A stretch of DNA of 64,000 nucleotides from Candidatus Poribacteria bacterium. GTDB lineage: Bacteria > Poribacteria > WGA-4E > WGA-3G. The position numbers were made by a program, and so were the translations under genes. Below the pieces are notes generated by a model. That model worked only from the letters and a program-made list of their open reading frames with translations. It was not told the DNA's origin and searched no databases. Positions within the stretch are counted from its first letter, which is position 1. Each line of letters opens with the position of its first letter. Positions 29,295 through 39,626 of the stretch are shown piece after piece. The stretch is from the NCBI GenBank assembly GCA_965215265.1, contig OZ244048.1, positions 3,104,001 through 3,168,000 on the forward strand. The letters are read 5' to 3'.

Positions 29295-30578
29295 TTGGGA
29301 AACAGCAAATCTTTAAACGCTTGGCAAAAATCACAACGATTTATCCCTGGCGGTGTCAATAGCCCCGTCCGCAACTTTAGTAAGGTTGGCGGGCATCCAC
29401 GTTTTATGGAACGTGGATGCGGCTCGAAAGTCTATGACATTGATGGAAACGAATATATTGATTACCTTGCCTCCTGGGGTCCACTAATTTTGGGGCATGC
29501 ACATCCAAGTGTTGTTGAAGCGATTACGGCTGCGGCTGCTTGTGGTACGAGCTTCGGGACACCGACACCGTTAGAGACTACATTAGCCGAGTTGATTGTC
29601 GATGCAGTGCCTTCAATTGAGCAGGTCCGGCTTGTGAATTCAGGTACTGAGGCTACGATGAGCGCTATTCGCGTTGCGCGCGGCTATACCGGCCGGGATA
29701 AAATCATCAAAATTGACGGTTGTTATCATGGACATGTTGATTATCTGTTGGCGAAGGCTGGTTCTGGTGTTGCGACTTTCGGCCTTTCCGATAGCGGTGG
29801 TGTTCCTGAAGATTTCGCACGTAATACGCTGACTGTTCCATTTAATAATCCGGATGCGGTACTCGAAACTATCCAAGCAAACCCTGATAAAATCGCTTGT
29901 CTTATCCTTGAACCGATTATGGGTAACATGGGCATTATTCCGCCACGCGACGGTTACCTCAACGAAATTCGGCGCATCACCGCGGAACACGGTATCGTTC
30001 TCATCTTTGACGAGGTGATTACTGGGTTTCGAGTTGCGTACGGTGGCGCGCAAACCTACTATAACGTTATCCCGGATATGACGTGCTTAGGAAAAATCAT
30101 TGGTGGCGGTTTGCCGGTTGGGGCATACGGCGGTAAACGAGAAATCATGCAATGTGTTGCGCCGGAAGGCGATGTTTATCAGGCTGGCACGCTTTCTGGA
30201 AATCCGTTGGCTGTTACGGCTGGTATCACTACGCTCCAACGCCTCGGAGAACCGGGGGTTTACGAACATCTGGAGAGCCGTGCCGCCGCCCTGGCAGGCG
30301 GATTGGCTGAAGCAACCCAAAAGCATCAGATTGATGCCTGCCATAGCCGGGTTGGCTCCATGTTAATGCTCTATTTCACGCCTGAAACAGTAATGGATGC
30401 TGATGACGCGCGGACTGCTGATATAGAACGCTACCGTCAATACTTCTGGGGATTACTTGAAGGTGGTGTCTATGTCGCACCATCCCAATTTGAGGCTGGT
30501 TTTGTGTCCTTCCTTCATTCTGAAGAGGATATTAACAAAACCGTGCGTGCTGCAACGCAGGTATTGTCTGAGCTTTAA
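29295..30578 (+). CDS. hemL: Glutamate-1-semialdehyde 2,1-aminomutase
   Basis: PGGVNSPVR, SWGPLILGH, NSGTEATM, FDEVITGFR, GKIIGGGLP, QAGTLSGNP. Confidence 0.97.
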   Translation: MGNSKSLNAWQKSQRFIPGGVNSPVRNFSKVGGHPRFMERGCGSKVYDIDGNEYIDYLASWGPLILGHAHPSVVEAITAAAACGTSFGTPTPLETTLAELIVDAVPSIEQVRLVNSGTEATMSAIRVARGYTGRDKIIKIDGCYHGHVDYLLAKAGSGVATFGLSDSGGVPEDFARNTLTVPFNNPDAVLETIQANPDKIACLILEPIMGNMGIIPPRDGYLNEIRRITAEHGIVLIFDEVITGFRVAYGGAQTYYNVIPDMTCLGKIIGGGLPVGAYGGKREIMQCVAPEGDVYQAGTLSGNPLAVTAGITTLQRLGEPGVYEHLESRAAALAGGLAEATQKHQIDACHSRVGSMLMLYFTPETVMDADDARTADIERYRQYFWGLLEGGVYVAPSQFEAGFVSFLHSEEDINKTVRAATQVLSEL

Positions 30579-30666
30579 ACGCATCGGTTTTCCATAGTTT
30601 GCAATTGAGTCAAGTTTCATATTGAAATAACACCACCATAAGTGCTTGTGAGAAACAATACGAAAA

Positions 30667-31647
30667 ATGTCAAGTTTTGATCCGATTGTTCAATTGATTA
30701 GCGATGACCTCAGAGCCGTTGAGGATAAACTGAGCGAAGAGACCGCAAGTGAGTATAGTTTTGTGGATATGGCGGTGCAGCATGTTGTAAAAGGCGGAGG
30801 AAAGAGACTGCGTCCTATTCTGGTTGTGCTTTCTGCTAAGGCGTGTGGGTATGAAGGTGCTGATGCCCATACACTGGCTGCAGTTGTTGAGCTTATCCAC
30901 GTTGCTTCCCTGGTTCACGATGATGTGCTTGATGAGGCTGCCATTCGCCGGGGCCGTGAGACTTTACAGACTAAATGGGGCAATAAAGTCGCAGTGTTAG
31001 TAGGAGATTATCTTCATGCGCGTGTGCTTTCTATGCTAGTATCTCGTCACGCCGACGATCCGGCGATGGAAATCCTGGCCGATACCACGCAGGCGATGTG
31101 TGAAGGTGAAGTGATACATGCCTATAAAAGCGGCGATTTTGATATAACCCAAGACGAGTATCTCAAAATTATTAGTTTTAAAACCGGTAAATTGATCTCG
31201 GCTTCTTGCACGCTGGGGGCACAGCTTGGCACAACCGATCAGCGACAGATTGAGGCCCTCACAATATACGGGCAGCAAATTGGAACTGCATTTCAAATCG
31301 TCGACGATCTGCTTGATTTCGTGGCAGATCCAGAAAAATTAGGGAAAAATGCGTTTGGAGACTTGCGAGAAGGCAAACTCACGTTTCCCATTCTGCACAC
31401 CCGCACTGTGTGCAGCGATACCGAAAAGCAGAAACTGGAAGAGGTGCTAAATCCAAATACTGACGAAGCAGATGCCATCGCGTTTGTTGAATCGCTTTTT
31501 CAACGTTATGCGGTTGAGGTGCACTGTTTAAAAGTTGCACAAAATTACGCTGAACTTGCGAAAGCCGCCCTTGTTACATTAGTATCTACACCCGCCCGGA
31601 CTGCACTTGAGCATCTTGCTGATTATGTGGTTTCGCGGGATTCTTAA
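30667..31647 (+). CDS. Polyprenyl diphosphate synthase
   Basis: GGKRLRP, first aspartate-rich motif HDDVLD..RRG, second motif FQIVDDLLD, DLREGK. Confidence 0.93.
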   Translation: MSSFDPIVQLISDDLRAVEDKLSEETASEYSFVDMAVQHVVKGGGKRLRPILVVLSAKACGYEGADAHTLAAVVELIHVASLVHDDVLDEAAIRRGRETLQTKWGNKVAVLVGDYLHARVLSMLVSRHADDPAMEILADTTQAMCEGEVIHAYKSGDFDITQDEYLKIISFKTGKLISASCTLGAQLGTTDQRQIEALTIYGQQIGTAFQIVDDLLDFVADPEKLGKNAFGDLREGKLTFPILHTRTVCSDTEKQKLEEVLNPNTDEADAIAFVESLFQRYAVEVHCLKVAQNYAELAKAALVTLVSTPARTALEHLADYVVSRDS

Positions 31648-31763
31648 GCATTCTGGAACGAATTGCCTCTCACACAACTATGCTATGACGCTGGACGCAC
31701 CGAAACCAGCAAATCTGAGGAATTTCCGCCATTCTGAGTGGTTTGTATTGTCCGTAGAAAAAT

Positions 31764-32972
31764 ATGTTTTATCCAGCTTATATCTACCTTGAGCACCGAA
31801 AATGCCTTGTTGTCGGCGGCGGAAACGTTGCCGAACGAAAGGTTGTTTCATTACTTCTCAGCGGTGCACGGGTTACGTTACTGAGTCCGGAAGCAACCGT
31901 GCTTCTGAAGTTCCTCGCATCTATCGGCCAAATTGTCTGGTACAAACGGGGCTTGAAAACGGGTGATACATACGGTTACTTTCTGGTCTGTGCCGCGACG
32001 GATTCAACGACTCTTAACACTGCGGTATTCAGAGAGGCACACGAAAAACACAAAATTCGCCTGGTCAACGTTGTTGATGTTATTCCGCAATGCACGTTCG
32101 CCGCTGCGTCTGTCGTGACAGACGGTGAACTGATGCTCAGCATCTCAACGAGTGGGAAGAGCCCTGCAATCAGCCGTCGCATCCGAGAATACCTTGAGGA
32201 AACGTTGGACGTTAATTCATCACTGTATACACTAGGCTATGAAAATGGTAAGCCGGTACCGATTGTGAATCAAGGTCTTCCGTACCCAATTTATCTTTTA
32301 TTAAAAAACCGCCGGTGCGTTGTCTTGTGTCGGAAGGAAACGCCGGAAATCGCACGTCGGATTTCACTGCTCCGGCAATCTGAGGCAACCGTTGTGCTGA
32401 ACCCTGATCATCTTAACGATGCGTTTCTGATTGTCACGGATAATGGGCACAATGCGACTGGCGAGATAGAGACGAGTTGTATGGGCAGCCATGCAGGGTG
32501 CGATAGCAAAGGAGACTCGCCGACCCCGCTCATAGAGAACGTTCAGCAACAAGATGCAGGCACCTATTTTACGCAGGAGCTCGTCATAGATGGTGACTTA
32601 ATAATTAGTATTGCAGTTGGTGATAAAGAGCACGCTGATAAAGCGATACGTCTGCACAAAAAACTGGCAGAGCGGTTCGAAAACAGAGGGTATGCGGTTT
32701 TTATTGATTTCCTCGGGGCACTCCGTCCAATTATCCTGAGTGCACTTCCGACCTCAAAAAAACGTGCAGCCTTTTTTGAGACGCTCATCGACCACGTTGG
32801 AGTAGACAGTGCAGGTGCCTGCGTATCCCTTCAGTCTGGCCGATGTTGCTTAAGACTTAGACGGTCTGAATGTGACAGGGAATGTTTATTCAACTGGATG
32901 AGACATGGCAGATTGGATGCTGCCGATCAGCTTGTATCCGCCCTGTTAAATGAGGCTGCGGCAAAGGCATGA
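31764..32972 (+). CDS. Precorrin-2 dehydrogenase/sirohydrochlorin ferrochelatase (SirC/CysG-N-like) with a degenerate second copy of the domain
   Basis: YPAYIYLEHRKCLVVGGGNVAERK, VNVVD..CTF, ISTSGKSP; second start PYPIYLLLKNRRCVVL. Confidence 0.85.
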   Translation: MFYPAYIYLEHRKCLVVGGGNVAERKVVSLLLSGARVTLLSPEATVLLKFLASIGQIVWYKRGLKTGDTYGYFLVCAATDSTTLNTAVFREAHEKHKIRLVNVVDVIPQCTFAAASVVTDGELMLSISTSGKSPAISRRIREYLEETLDVNSSLYTLGYENGKPVPIVNQGLPYPIYLLLKNRRCVVLCRKETPEIARRISLLRQSEATVVLNPDHLNDAFLIVTDNGHNATGEIETSCMGSHAGCDSKGDSPTPLIENVQQQDAGTYFTQELVIDGDLIISIAVGDKEHADKAIRLHKKLAERFENRGYAVFIDFLGALRPIILSALPTSKKRAAFFETLIDHVGVDSAGACVSLQSGRCCLRLRRSECDRECLFNWMRHGRLDAADQLVSALLNEAAAKA

Positions 32973-33808
32973 ATTTTTTATTTTTAATCACGCTTCTAAT
33001 TTACTTGACAGCGAGCATTTTTCAGCTTCTTTCTCTGATTATAGGAAGTCGCACAGAAGTCTCAACCCTCCAGCATACAATTGCGAGTATCGCTTTTTGG
33101 GCGACTACTCTGGGCTTCGCGTTTCTGACGTTCTTTATCGGGCTGTGGTGGCTGCGTCAAGAACATTTCCCGATGACACATTGGCTGGATACAACCTCCT
33201 TTTTTGCTTGGGCGATCACGTTAATTTACTTAATCATTGTCCATTTGACACATCTTCGTGCGCTAGGGAGTTTTGTTGTGCCTGTAGCCTTCCTCGCAAT
33301 GCTCATCTCCTATAGTTTCTTCAAAAGTACGGCATCCTTGCCGGAACAGTTGCAGAACTACTGGCTTCTTGTGCACTCAACGCTGATTTTTCTGGCGTAT
33401 GCGGCTTTCATCGCTGCTTTCGGGTTTGGGCTGATGTACCTGATGGCAGAGAAGAAAATTCGAGAGAAGACACATTTGCTCTTATCCAATCTACTGCCTG
33501 CGCTTGGAAATTCTGATGAATTCGGTTATCGGTGTACTCTTATGGGCGTTATTCTTCTCTCAATAGGAATTATAGTCGGTATTCTTTGGACACAATACAT
33601 CCGCGAAATTCCGTGGCGATGGCTAGATGCCAAAGTTGTCTTCACGCTTATCACTTGGTTTATCTATACCGCGCAAATCGCTATTCGGCAATTTTGGGGT
33701 TGGCGTGGGCGAAAGGCTGCGTATTCGGCCATTATTGGGTTTATTGCTGTCCTCTGTACATACGTCGGAGTGAACCTCTTTTTACACAGCACTCACGCCT
33801 GGCGATAG
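32969..33808 (+). CDS. ccsA: Cytochrome c biogenesis CcsA/HemX-like membrane protein
   Basis: 8 TM helices, WLLVH, W..W.W.DAK, GWRGRKAA, H near the C-terminus. Confidence 0.85.
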   Translation: MNFLFLITLLIYLTASIFQLLSLIIGSRTEVSTLQHTIASIAFWATTLGFAFLTFFIGLWWLRQEHFPMTHWLDTTSFFAWAITLIYLIIVHLTHLRALGSFVVPVAFLAMLISYSFFKSTASLPEQLQNYWLLVHSTLIFLAYAAFIAAFGFGLMYLMAEKKIREKTHLLLSNLLPALGNSDEFGYRCTLMGVILLSIGIIVGILWTQYIREIPWRWLDAKVVFTLITWFIYTAQIAIRQFWGWRGRKAAYSAIIGFIAVLCTYVGVNLFLHSTHAWR

Positions 33809-33846
33809 TTCGGGTACGACTTGTCAGTTGCGTCTCTGCAGGTAAT

Positions 33847-33875
33847 TTGACTTTGCTAGCAAAATGTTGTATAAT
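33847..33875 (+). promoter_or_regulatory. sigma70-type promoter upstream of hemA
   Basis: TTGACT-17 nt-TATAAT. Confidence 0.6.
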
Positions 33876-33898
33876 TAAAGAACAGAGCCTCTGTAAAA

Positions 33899-35332
33899 AT
33901 GAGTAGTTCTATGGGAAAACACCACAGTGGGCAGGACGGAATACAGTCATATAATACTGTATCGGTTCCCACATGCGATATAAATTGTGATTCTAGAGTC
34001 TCTACTGCATTTGGGAATTTGCATGCTCCAATGAAACAGATGAAGCAGATCTTTTCTATCGGGACAAGTCATCACGTTGCGCCGATAGAGTTCAGAGAGA
34101 GACTGGCATTTTCTGAAGCGAAACTGAGCGCTGCACTGCACGAACTTCGAGAATCAGATTCGGTACAGGAAGCGGTGATTCTGTCTACGTGCAACCGGGT
34201 TGAAATCTATGCCGTAATGAATGCCTGCCGGGGTGCCGAAGCGCCAACGCGGTTTCTACTTGAATTCCTCTCGCGCTATCACCGGATTGATGTGGACGTG
34301 CTCAAGCAGTTCACCTATATGCACCATGAGCTTCGGACAATTCTTCATCTTTTTAGAGTGACAGCTAGTCTTGATTCTATGATAGTTGGGGAGCCGCAGA
34401 TTTTGGGGCAGGTGAAAGAGGCTTATGAATTTTCGCGTTCTGCCGGGGGGGCTGGGCTGCTCCTAAATCGGTTGTTTACTAAGGCTTTCAGTGTTGGGAA
34501 ACGGGTCAGATCAGAGACGACTATCGCTAGCGGTGCGGTTTCGATCAGCTATGCGGCTGTCGAACTGGCAAAGAAAATTTTTAACACCTTAGCGGGCAAA
34601 ACGGTGGCGATTATCGGCGCTGGTGAAATGAGCGAATTGACAGCTAAGCACCTCGTTGCCAATGGGGTTTCCAAGGTCATCGTCGCGAATCGTACGTACG
34701 AGCGTGCTGTGAAAATTGCTGAGAAGTTCAAAGGCACTCCGGTGCCTTTCAAAAGCGACCTCGGTTTCCTGATTGATGCCGACATTGTTATTAGTTCGAC
34801 TGATGCGTCTCAATATCTTATTAGTCCACGTCCACTTGCTGAAGTAATGAAAAAACGGAAGCACCGGTATATGTTTCTCATTGACATCGCTGTCCCTCGC
34901 GACATAGACCCGGATGTCAGCAAAATAGACCACGTCTTTCTCTATAACATTGATGATCTGGAGGCTGTTGTTGCTTCGAATCTCAAACAGCGCCAACTCG
35001 AAGCTGCACGGGCTGAACAGATTGTCTCTGAAGAGGCGAATGGGTTTCATGGGCAATTGCAAATTTTTTCGGTCAATCCAACGATTAAGGCACTGCATCA
35101 GCAATTTCAGAAGATAGTTGAAGCAGAGCGTGCCGTCTGCTTTGGCAAGGCTGAACTGTCTGATAAACAACAGGCTGCTGTTGCGTCCATGACTCAGGCG
35201 ATTGTCAAAAAGCTGCTCCATCATCCGGTTAAAAATCTACGGGAGGCTGTAAACGATGAGGATGCGGACCACGGGCAATATATACAGGCACTCCAGGAAT
35301 TATTCGCCTTGGATGCTATGGATGAGAACTAG
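33899..35332 (+). CDS. hemA: Glutamyl-tRNA reductase
   Basis: LSTCNRVE, SLDSMIVGEPQILGQVK, IIGAGEM, DIAVPRD; the true start may be about 34031. Confidence 0.96.
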   Translation: MSSSMGKHHSGQDGIQSYNTVSVPTCDINCDSRVSTAFGNLHAPMKQMKQIFSIGTSHHVAPIEFRERLAFSEAKLSAALHELRESDSVQEAVILSTCNRVEIYAVMNACRGAEAPTRFLLEFLSRYHRIDVDVLKQFTYMHHELRTILHLFRVTASLDSMIVGEPQILGQVKEAYEFSRSAGGAGLLLNRLFTKAFSVGKRVRSETTIASGAVSISYAAVELAKKIFNTLAGKTVAIIGAGEMSELTAKHLVANGVSKVIVANRTYERAVKIAEKFKGTPVPFKSDLGFLIDADIVISSTDASQYLISPRPLAEVMKKRKHRYMFLIDIAVPRDIDPDVSKIDHVFLYNIDDLEAVVASNLKQRQLEAARAEQIVSEEANGFHGQLQIFSVNPTIKALHQQFQKIVEAERAVCFGKAELSDKQQAAVASMTQAIVKKLLHHPVKNLREAVNDEDADHGQYIQALQELFALDAMDEN

Positions 35333-35407
35333 TGATGTACGCATGAGTTGAGGGGCGGTGTAGTTTGGGGCGATTTCTCCTGCTTACCGGATTCTAAGTG
35401 AGAAGGC

Positions 35408-36325
35408 ATGTCGATGAACAGTTCGATTACAATAGGAACGCGTGGTAGTCAGCTGGCGCTGTGGCAGGCGGGATTTGTCAAGAAACAGTTCGCTATCTAT
35501 TTCCCAGAGCTCCCGGTGTCGCTCAAAATTATCAAAACGACCGGGGATATTGCGCAAAACCGTCCGATTCTCGGATTAGGCAGAGGCGTTTTTACAAAAG
35601 AGATAGAGACGGCCCTCTTAAAGCATGAAATAGACCTGGCTGTGCATAGTCTGAAAGACCTGCCTACCGAATTGCCTGCAGGGCTCTGTCTCGCAGCGAT
35701 TCCTGTTCGTGAAGATGCACGTGATGTCCTGATCACATCCTCAGGACTCACATTAGGACGGCTGCCAGAGGGTGCGAAAATCGGCACAACCAGCCCGAGA
35801 CGTAAAGCGCAGCTGCTGCATACGCGCCCAGATTTGCAGATACAAGAGGTGCGGGGCAATATTGATACGCGGCTCCGCAAACTTCATGAAACCCAATTGG
35901 ACGGGCTTATCCTCGCCGCCGCAGGCATTAAACGGCTCCGCAAGACAGCAAGCATTACGCAGTTTTTGGATAGAGAATTGATGGTACCTGCCGTTGGCCA
36001 AGGTGCCTTGGCGATTGAAACACGGCAGCAGGATAGGGCCATTGCGAAGTTAGTCGCCCTGCTAAATAACGCCCGGGCAGAGACTGAAATCACTGCAGAA
36101 AGAACGGTATTGGAAAGACTCGGCGGCGGATGCAATGTCCCTATTGGTGCAAACGCTATGCATGTGGCCGGTGAACTCTCACTTATCGCTACTGTCTGTC
36201 ATCCAGAAGGTACCCGGCGTATTGTAGAGAGGGCCACGGCACCCTCAAACGATGCCCAGCTGCTAGGCGAACTAATCGCCGATAAACTCCGCACCGGCGG
36301 GGCAGCTCAACTTTTAAAGATGTGA
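35408..36325 (+). CDS. hemC: Hydroxymethylbilane synthase
   Basis: IGTRGSQLALWQ, VHSLKD, RGNIDTRL, PAVGQG, GGCNVP. Confidence 0.96.
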   Translation: MSMNSSITIGTRGSQLALWQAGFVKKQFAIYFPELPVSLKIIKTTGDIAQNRPILGLGRGVFTKEIETALLKHEIDLAVHSLKDLPTELPAGLCLAAIPVREDARDVLITSSGLTLGRLPEGAKIGTTSPRRKAQLLHTRPDLQIQEVRGNIDTRLRKLHETQLDGLILAAAGIKRLRKTASITQFLDRELMVPAVGQGALAIETRQQDRAIAKLVALLNNARAETEITAERTVLERLGGGCNVPIGANAMHVAGELSLIATVCHPEGTRRIVERATAPSNDAQLLGELIADKLRTGGAAQLLKM

Positions 36326-37884
36326 TGACTACACAGAAACAAGGCACTGTTTATATCGTCGGAGCAGGACCGGGCGATAGCAAACTCATCACCCTTAAAG
36401 GCATAGAATGCCTTCAGAAGGCTGATGTCGTTATCTACGATCTGCTCTTGAACCACAGCTTGCTTGAGTACTGCCCTGCGCATACCGAAAGGATTCAAGC
36501 CCCGGATCCGAGAATTCGTACCGCCCGCCAAACTGAGCTGAATCAGTCGCTCATCCATCATGCGAAAAGCGGAAAAACTGTTGTTCGTCTGAAGGGTGGC
36601 GATCCGTATATTTTTGGGCGCGGCGGCGAAGAGGCGCTTGTACTCGCGGAAGCCGGAATCACATTTGAGGTTGTTCCCGGTATTACCGCAGCGGTAGCTG
36701 CATCGGCGTATGCAGGCATCCCCGTCACGCATCGCAACTATGCCTCGTCGGTTGCGTTTGTGACGGGGCATTCTGCGGCATTAAAACCGGATTCAAACAT
36801 CGATTGGGAACGTCTCGCTACGGCTGTCGATACGCTTGTTGTTTACATGGGTGTGGCACATTTACGCCAAATCGTGGAACGACTCAGAGGACACGGTAGA
36901 ACGGCACAAACCCCTGTTAGCCTTATCCGTGTTGGGACGACTCCACAACAACAGGTTGTACAGGGGACGCTTGCTGATATCGTGGAAAAAGTGGAGGCTG
37001 CGCAATTGAGGAGCCCGGCGATTATCGTTGTCGGGGAGGTGAACCAATTGCGGGCGCAACTCCGGTGGTTTGATACTAAACCGCTTTTCGGCAAACGGGT
37101 GCTTGTTACGCGTGCACGTGCCCAGGCAAGTGGATTGGCAGATCTCCTAGAACTTAACGGTGCGGAGGTTATCCAATTTCCGACTATACAGATTGAGCCC
37201 GTCGCAGAAACCGCTCGCCTCGCTAGTGCTATAGAGATTTTGCACGAGTATACGTGGATTATTTTCACTAGTGTCAATGCCGTTGAGATTTTCTATCAAC
37301 GTCTCCGGGAAAATGGGAGGGATGTGCGTGCGTTTGGAACAACGTCCCAGCTCTGTGCTGTTGGTTCCAAAACGGTTGAGGCGTTAAATCGTATCGGTAT
37401 CCATCCGGATTTCGTGCCTACTCAGGCACGTGGGGCTGCGATCGCTGCCGAGCTCGACAATGTAACCGCTCAGAAAATCCTGCTACCGCGCGCCAAAATT
37501 GCTCCACCCGACCTTCCTGACAGCTTACGCGCGAAAGACGCTATTGTTGATGAAATTCCGCTGTACGATACGATTAGCGTGGAGAGCGGAAACCGGGCGG
37601 CTATCGCAAAACAACTCCTGAAAGGCGAAATCGAATTGGCGACGTTCACCAGTTCGTCAACCGTAACCAACTTCCTTGAGATGTTTCCTACGTATACCGC
37701 TGATGTCTTATTGGCGGACGTTCGCGTTGCGGTTATCGGGCCCACGACACAGGCGACAGCAGTCGCACACGGAATGCGTGTTGACATCGTGGCGAAGCAT
37801 GCTACAATAGAACACCTCGTTGAGTCGATTGTTGAGATGTATCAAAATAGGAACTGCTCTCCCCATCATGGACATGATGCCTAA
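36322..37884 (+). CDS. cobA/hemD: Uroporphyrinogen-III C-methyltransferase / uroporphyrinogen-III synthase fusion
   Basis: VGAGPGD, RLKGGDPYIFGRGGEE, then PLFGKRVLVTR, FTSVNAV, FTSSSTV. Confidence 0.95.
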   Translation: MMTTQKQGTVYIVGAGPGDSKLITLKGIECLQKADVVIYDLLLNHSLLEYCPAHTERIQAPDPRIRTARQTELNQSLIHHAKSGKTVVRLKGGDPYIFGRGGEEALVLAEAGITFEVVPGITAAVAASAYAGIPVTHRNYASSVAFVTGHSAALKPDSNIDWERLATAVDTLVVYMGVAHLRQIVERLRGHGRTAQTPVSLIRVGTTPQQQVVQGTLADIVEKVEAAQLRSPAIIVVGEVNQLRAQLRWFDTKPLFGKRVLVTRARAQASGLADLLELNGAEVIQFPTIQIEPVAETARLASAIEILHEYTWIIFTSVNAVEIFYQRLRENGRDVRAFGTTSQLCAVGSKTVEALNRIGIHPDFVPTQARGAAIAAELDNVTAQKILLPRAKIAPPDLPDSLRAKDAIVDEIPLYDTISVESGNRAAIAKQLLKGEIELATFTSSSTVTNFLEMFPTYTADVLLADVRVAVIGPTTQATAVAHGMRVDIVAKHATIEHLVESIVEMYQNRNCSPHHGHDA

Positions 37885-37909
37885 TGATTGAGTCAAGGAG
37901 CCTTGAAAC

Positions 37910-38635
37910 TTGCGCAATTACGCCCAAATCACCGAACGTCTGAAAGACTTGGAAATGCCAATGGAATTGCTTGGGATTGTCCACGGTTATCCTATACACC
38001 AAATTCGCTTAGTATCGTCAGCACATAAGCCTCGACAGGTTCTTGTCACTGGCGGTGTACATGGCGATGAACCTGCAGGCGTTGAGGCAGTCTTACAGTT
38101 GCTTGCGCGTGACAATACTGCATTGCTAAAAAAGTTTTCATTTTTAGTGATTCCTTGTGTCAACCCCTACGGTTTCGTTCATGACACCCGTGAAACCCTC
38201 GACGGTGTAGACATTAACCGTGCTTTTGAAACAGATAATGTTGCGGAAGTGGCAGTCATCAAGGAGGCACTAGGACAAACGCAATTCTTGCTCACAATAG
38301 ACTTTCACGAAGACTACGATGCAACCGGTTTCTACCTCTACGAAGGTAAACGTGACGAGAAGTACATCGGACCTCAGCTGGCTGCAGCTGCCAAAGCAAT
38401 CGGTCCGCTGGATGCGGAGAACCCAGGCGAAGATGCCCCCGAGATTGCCGACGGAGTCTACAAAGTTGCGACCTCATGGGGGACTCAGGGGCTGGCACCT
38501 TACCTGTTACATTTTCACAGCGAACATGTTATCATTTCTGAAACGCCGACAATCTGGCCTCTGGAACAACGTGTCGCTCTCCATGTAGCCATACTGGATA
38601 CCGCACTAGACAGCGTATCAGAAAAGGGCATATAA
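37910..38635 (+). CDS. M14 family zinc carboxypeptidase / desuccinylase-like
   Basis: GGVHGDEPAG, NPYG, DINR, DFHED, ETP. Confidence 0.85.
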   Translation: MRNYAQITERLKDLEMPMELLGIVHGYPIHQIRLVSSAHKPRQVLVTGGVHGDEPAGVEAVLQLLARDNTALLKKFSFLVIPCVNPYGFVHDTRETLDGVDINRAFETDNVAEVAVIKEALGQTQFLLTIDFHEDYDATGFYLYEGKRDEKYIGPQLAAAAKAIGPLDAENPGEDAPEIADGVYKVATSWGTQGLAPYLLHFHSEHVIISETPTIWPLEQRVALHVAILDTALDSVSEKGI

Positions 38636-38657
38636 AGGGAAAGGGAAGATTAGTAGC

Positions 38658-38686
38658 TACTATGTTCTTAGTAGATAGTTCACTTA
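38658..38686 (+). repeat. 29-bp direct repeat, left copy
   Basis: TACTATGTTCTTAGTAGATAGTTC(A/G)CTTA; 28/29 identical to 51094..51122. Confidence 0.8.
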
Positions 38687-38873
38687 ACGGGAACCAAGAC
38701 TGCCATTTCATGACGGAGCCTCCAGAGTTCTGTTCCCGACACACGAAAAGAAATATTGGCAACTGTCACGTGAAAAATCTAAAAAATATACCTATACTTG
38801 TAATATGGACAGAGCACTAGTGTAATCGTTTTGCTCGCTCGAAGTTCTAAAGTGATATTATGTGTCATTTTTT

Positions 38874-39139
38874 TTAGAAAGCGTTTGCAACAATAACAAG
38901 GTCCAGGATATTCACCACGCCGTCGCCATTAAGATCCGGCTTGTATTCCCCGAATGCATTTGCAACGATAACTAGGTCAAGAATGTTCACGATACCATCA
39001 CTGTTGAGGTCGGCGGCCTTGCTAGTGCTTTTTAGGTAGATTTTTCCGTCTAAATCTGTGAGGGTATGCACGTCGGCTTTGATACCATTTGAAACCGCTA
39101 TTGTGTTTTCAGGCAATTCGATCTTCTGTTCCTTGCCAC
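38874..39139 (-). pseudogene. 3' fragment of a dockerin-like/EF-hand-repeat protein, truncated by the 433-bp duplication
   Basis: DLNSDGIVNILDLVIVANAF and DLNGDGVVNILDLVIVANAF; the upstream part is replaced by the repeat at 39140. Confidence 0.75.
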
Positions 39140-39572
39140 TATACTCCCATTTGCCGATGAGGCGCTCCTTTATCGCCGCCTTAACTTTATTCCGGATTGT
39201 ACCTTTCGCGGGCAGCATCAGAATCCGCAAGTAGCCTTTCTCTTTCCTTTTGCGTTTCTTGGGACTTTAGTATTACACAACTTGTGAACACCATTCCCAT
39301 TATGCCGAGTGTGACGAGTCTTTTCATAGGGTGAATCCTTATCCTGCATCCAATGCGAAACATTCTCTATTTGGGTTGCGCAGAGCTGGCACTTATGCGA
39401 ACCTGTCCAATGCTGTTTCAGTTTACGCCCCAACCTTGTGAACAATTAGCATGTAGCATGGATAGCATGTAGCATGGAGTGCAGGGAGGTCTTGAGTTTC
39501 GTTTTCAGGTTTCATAGGAAAAGTATACCCAAACCTACTCAAAATGTCAATAACTTACATAATGTAAACACT
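39140..39572 (-). repeat. 433-bp direct repeat, left copy (promoter plus 5' end of a lipoprotein pseudogene)
   Basis: Near-identical to 50653..51086; contains TTGACA-17-TATACT (39550-39522), four TAGCATG heptamers (39447-39476) and ATG 39327 (MKRLVTLG..FTSC). Confidence 0.95.
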
Positions 39573-39626
39573 CTCTAGAGAAATTCTCGATAAATGGAAT
39601 ATATCATAAACTTTATACGGTGTCAA

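Noticed and set aside
39218-39445. 75-aa ORF MFTRLGRK..., duplicated at 50731..50958
   Set aside because: Shadow frame of the duplicated lipoprotein pseudogene (ATG 39327/50840 with RBS and lipobox); not a transposase.
39140-39572. The long direct repeats as IS elements of a composite transposon
   Set aside because: No terminal inverted repeats, no transposase, and the content is a promoter plus a lipoprotein 5' end.
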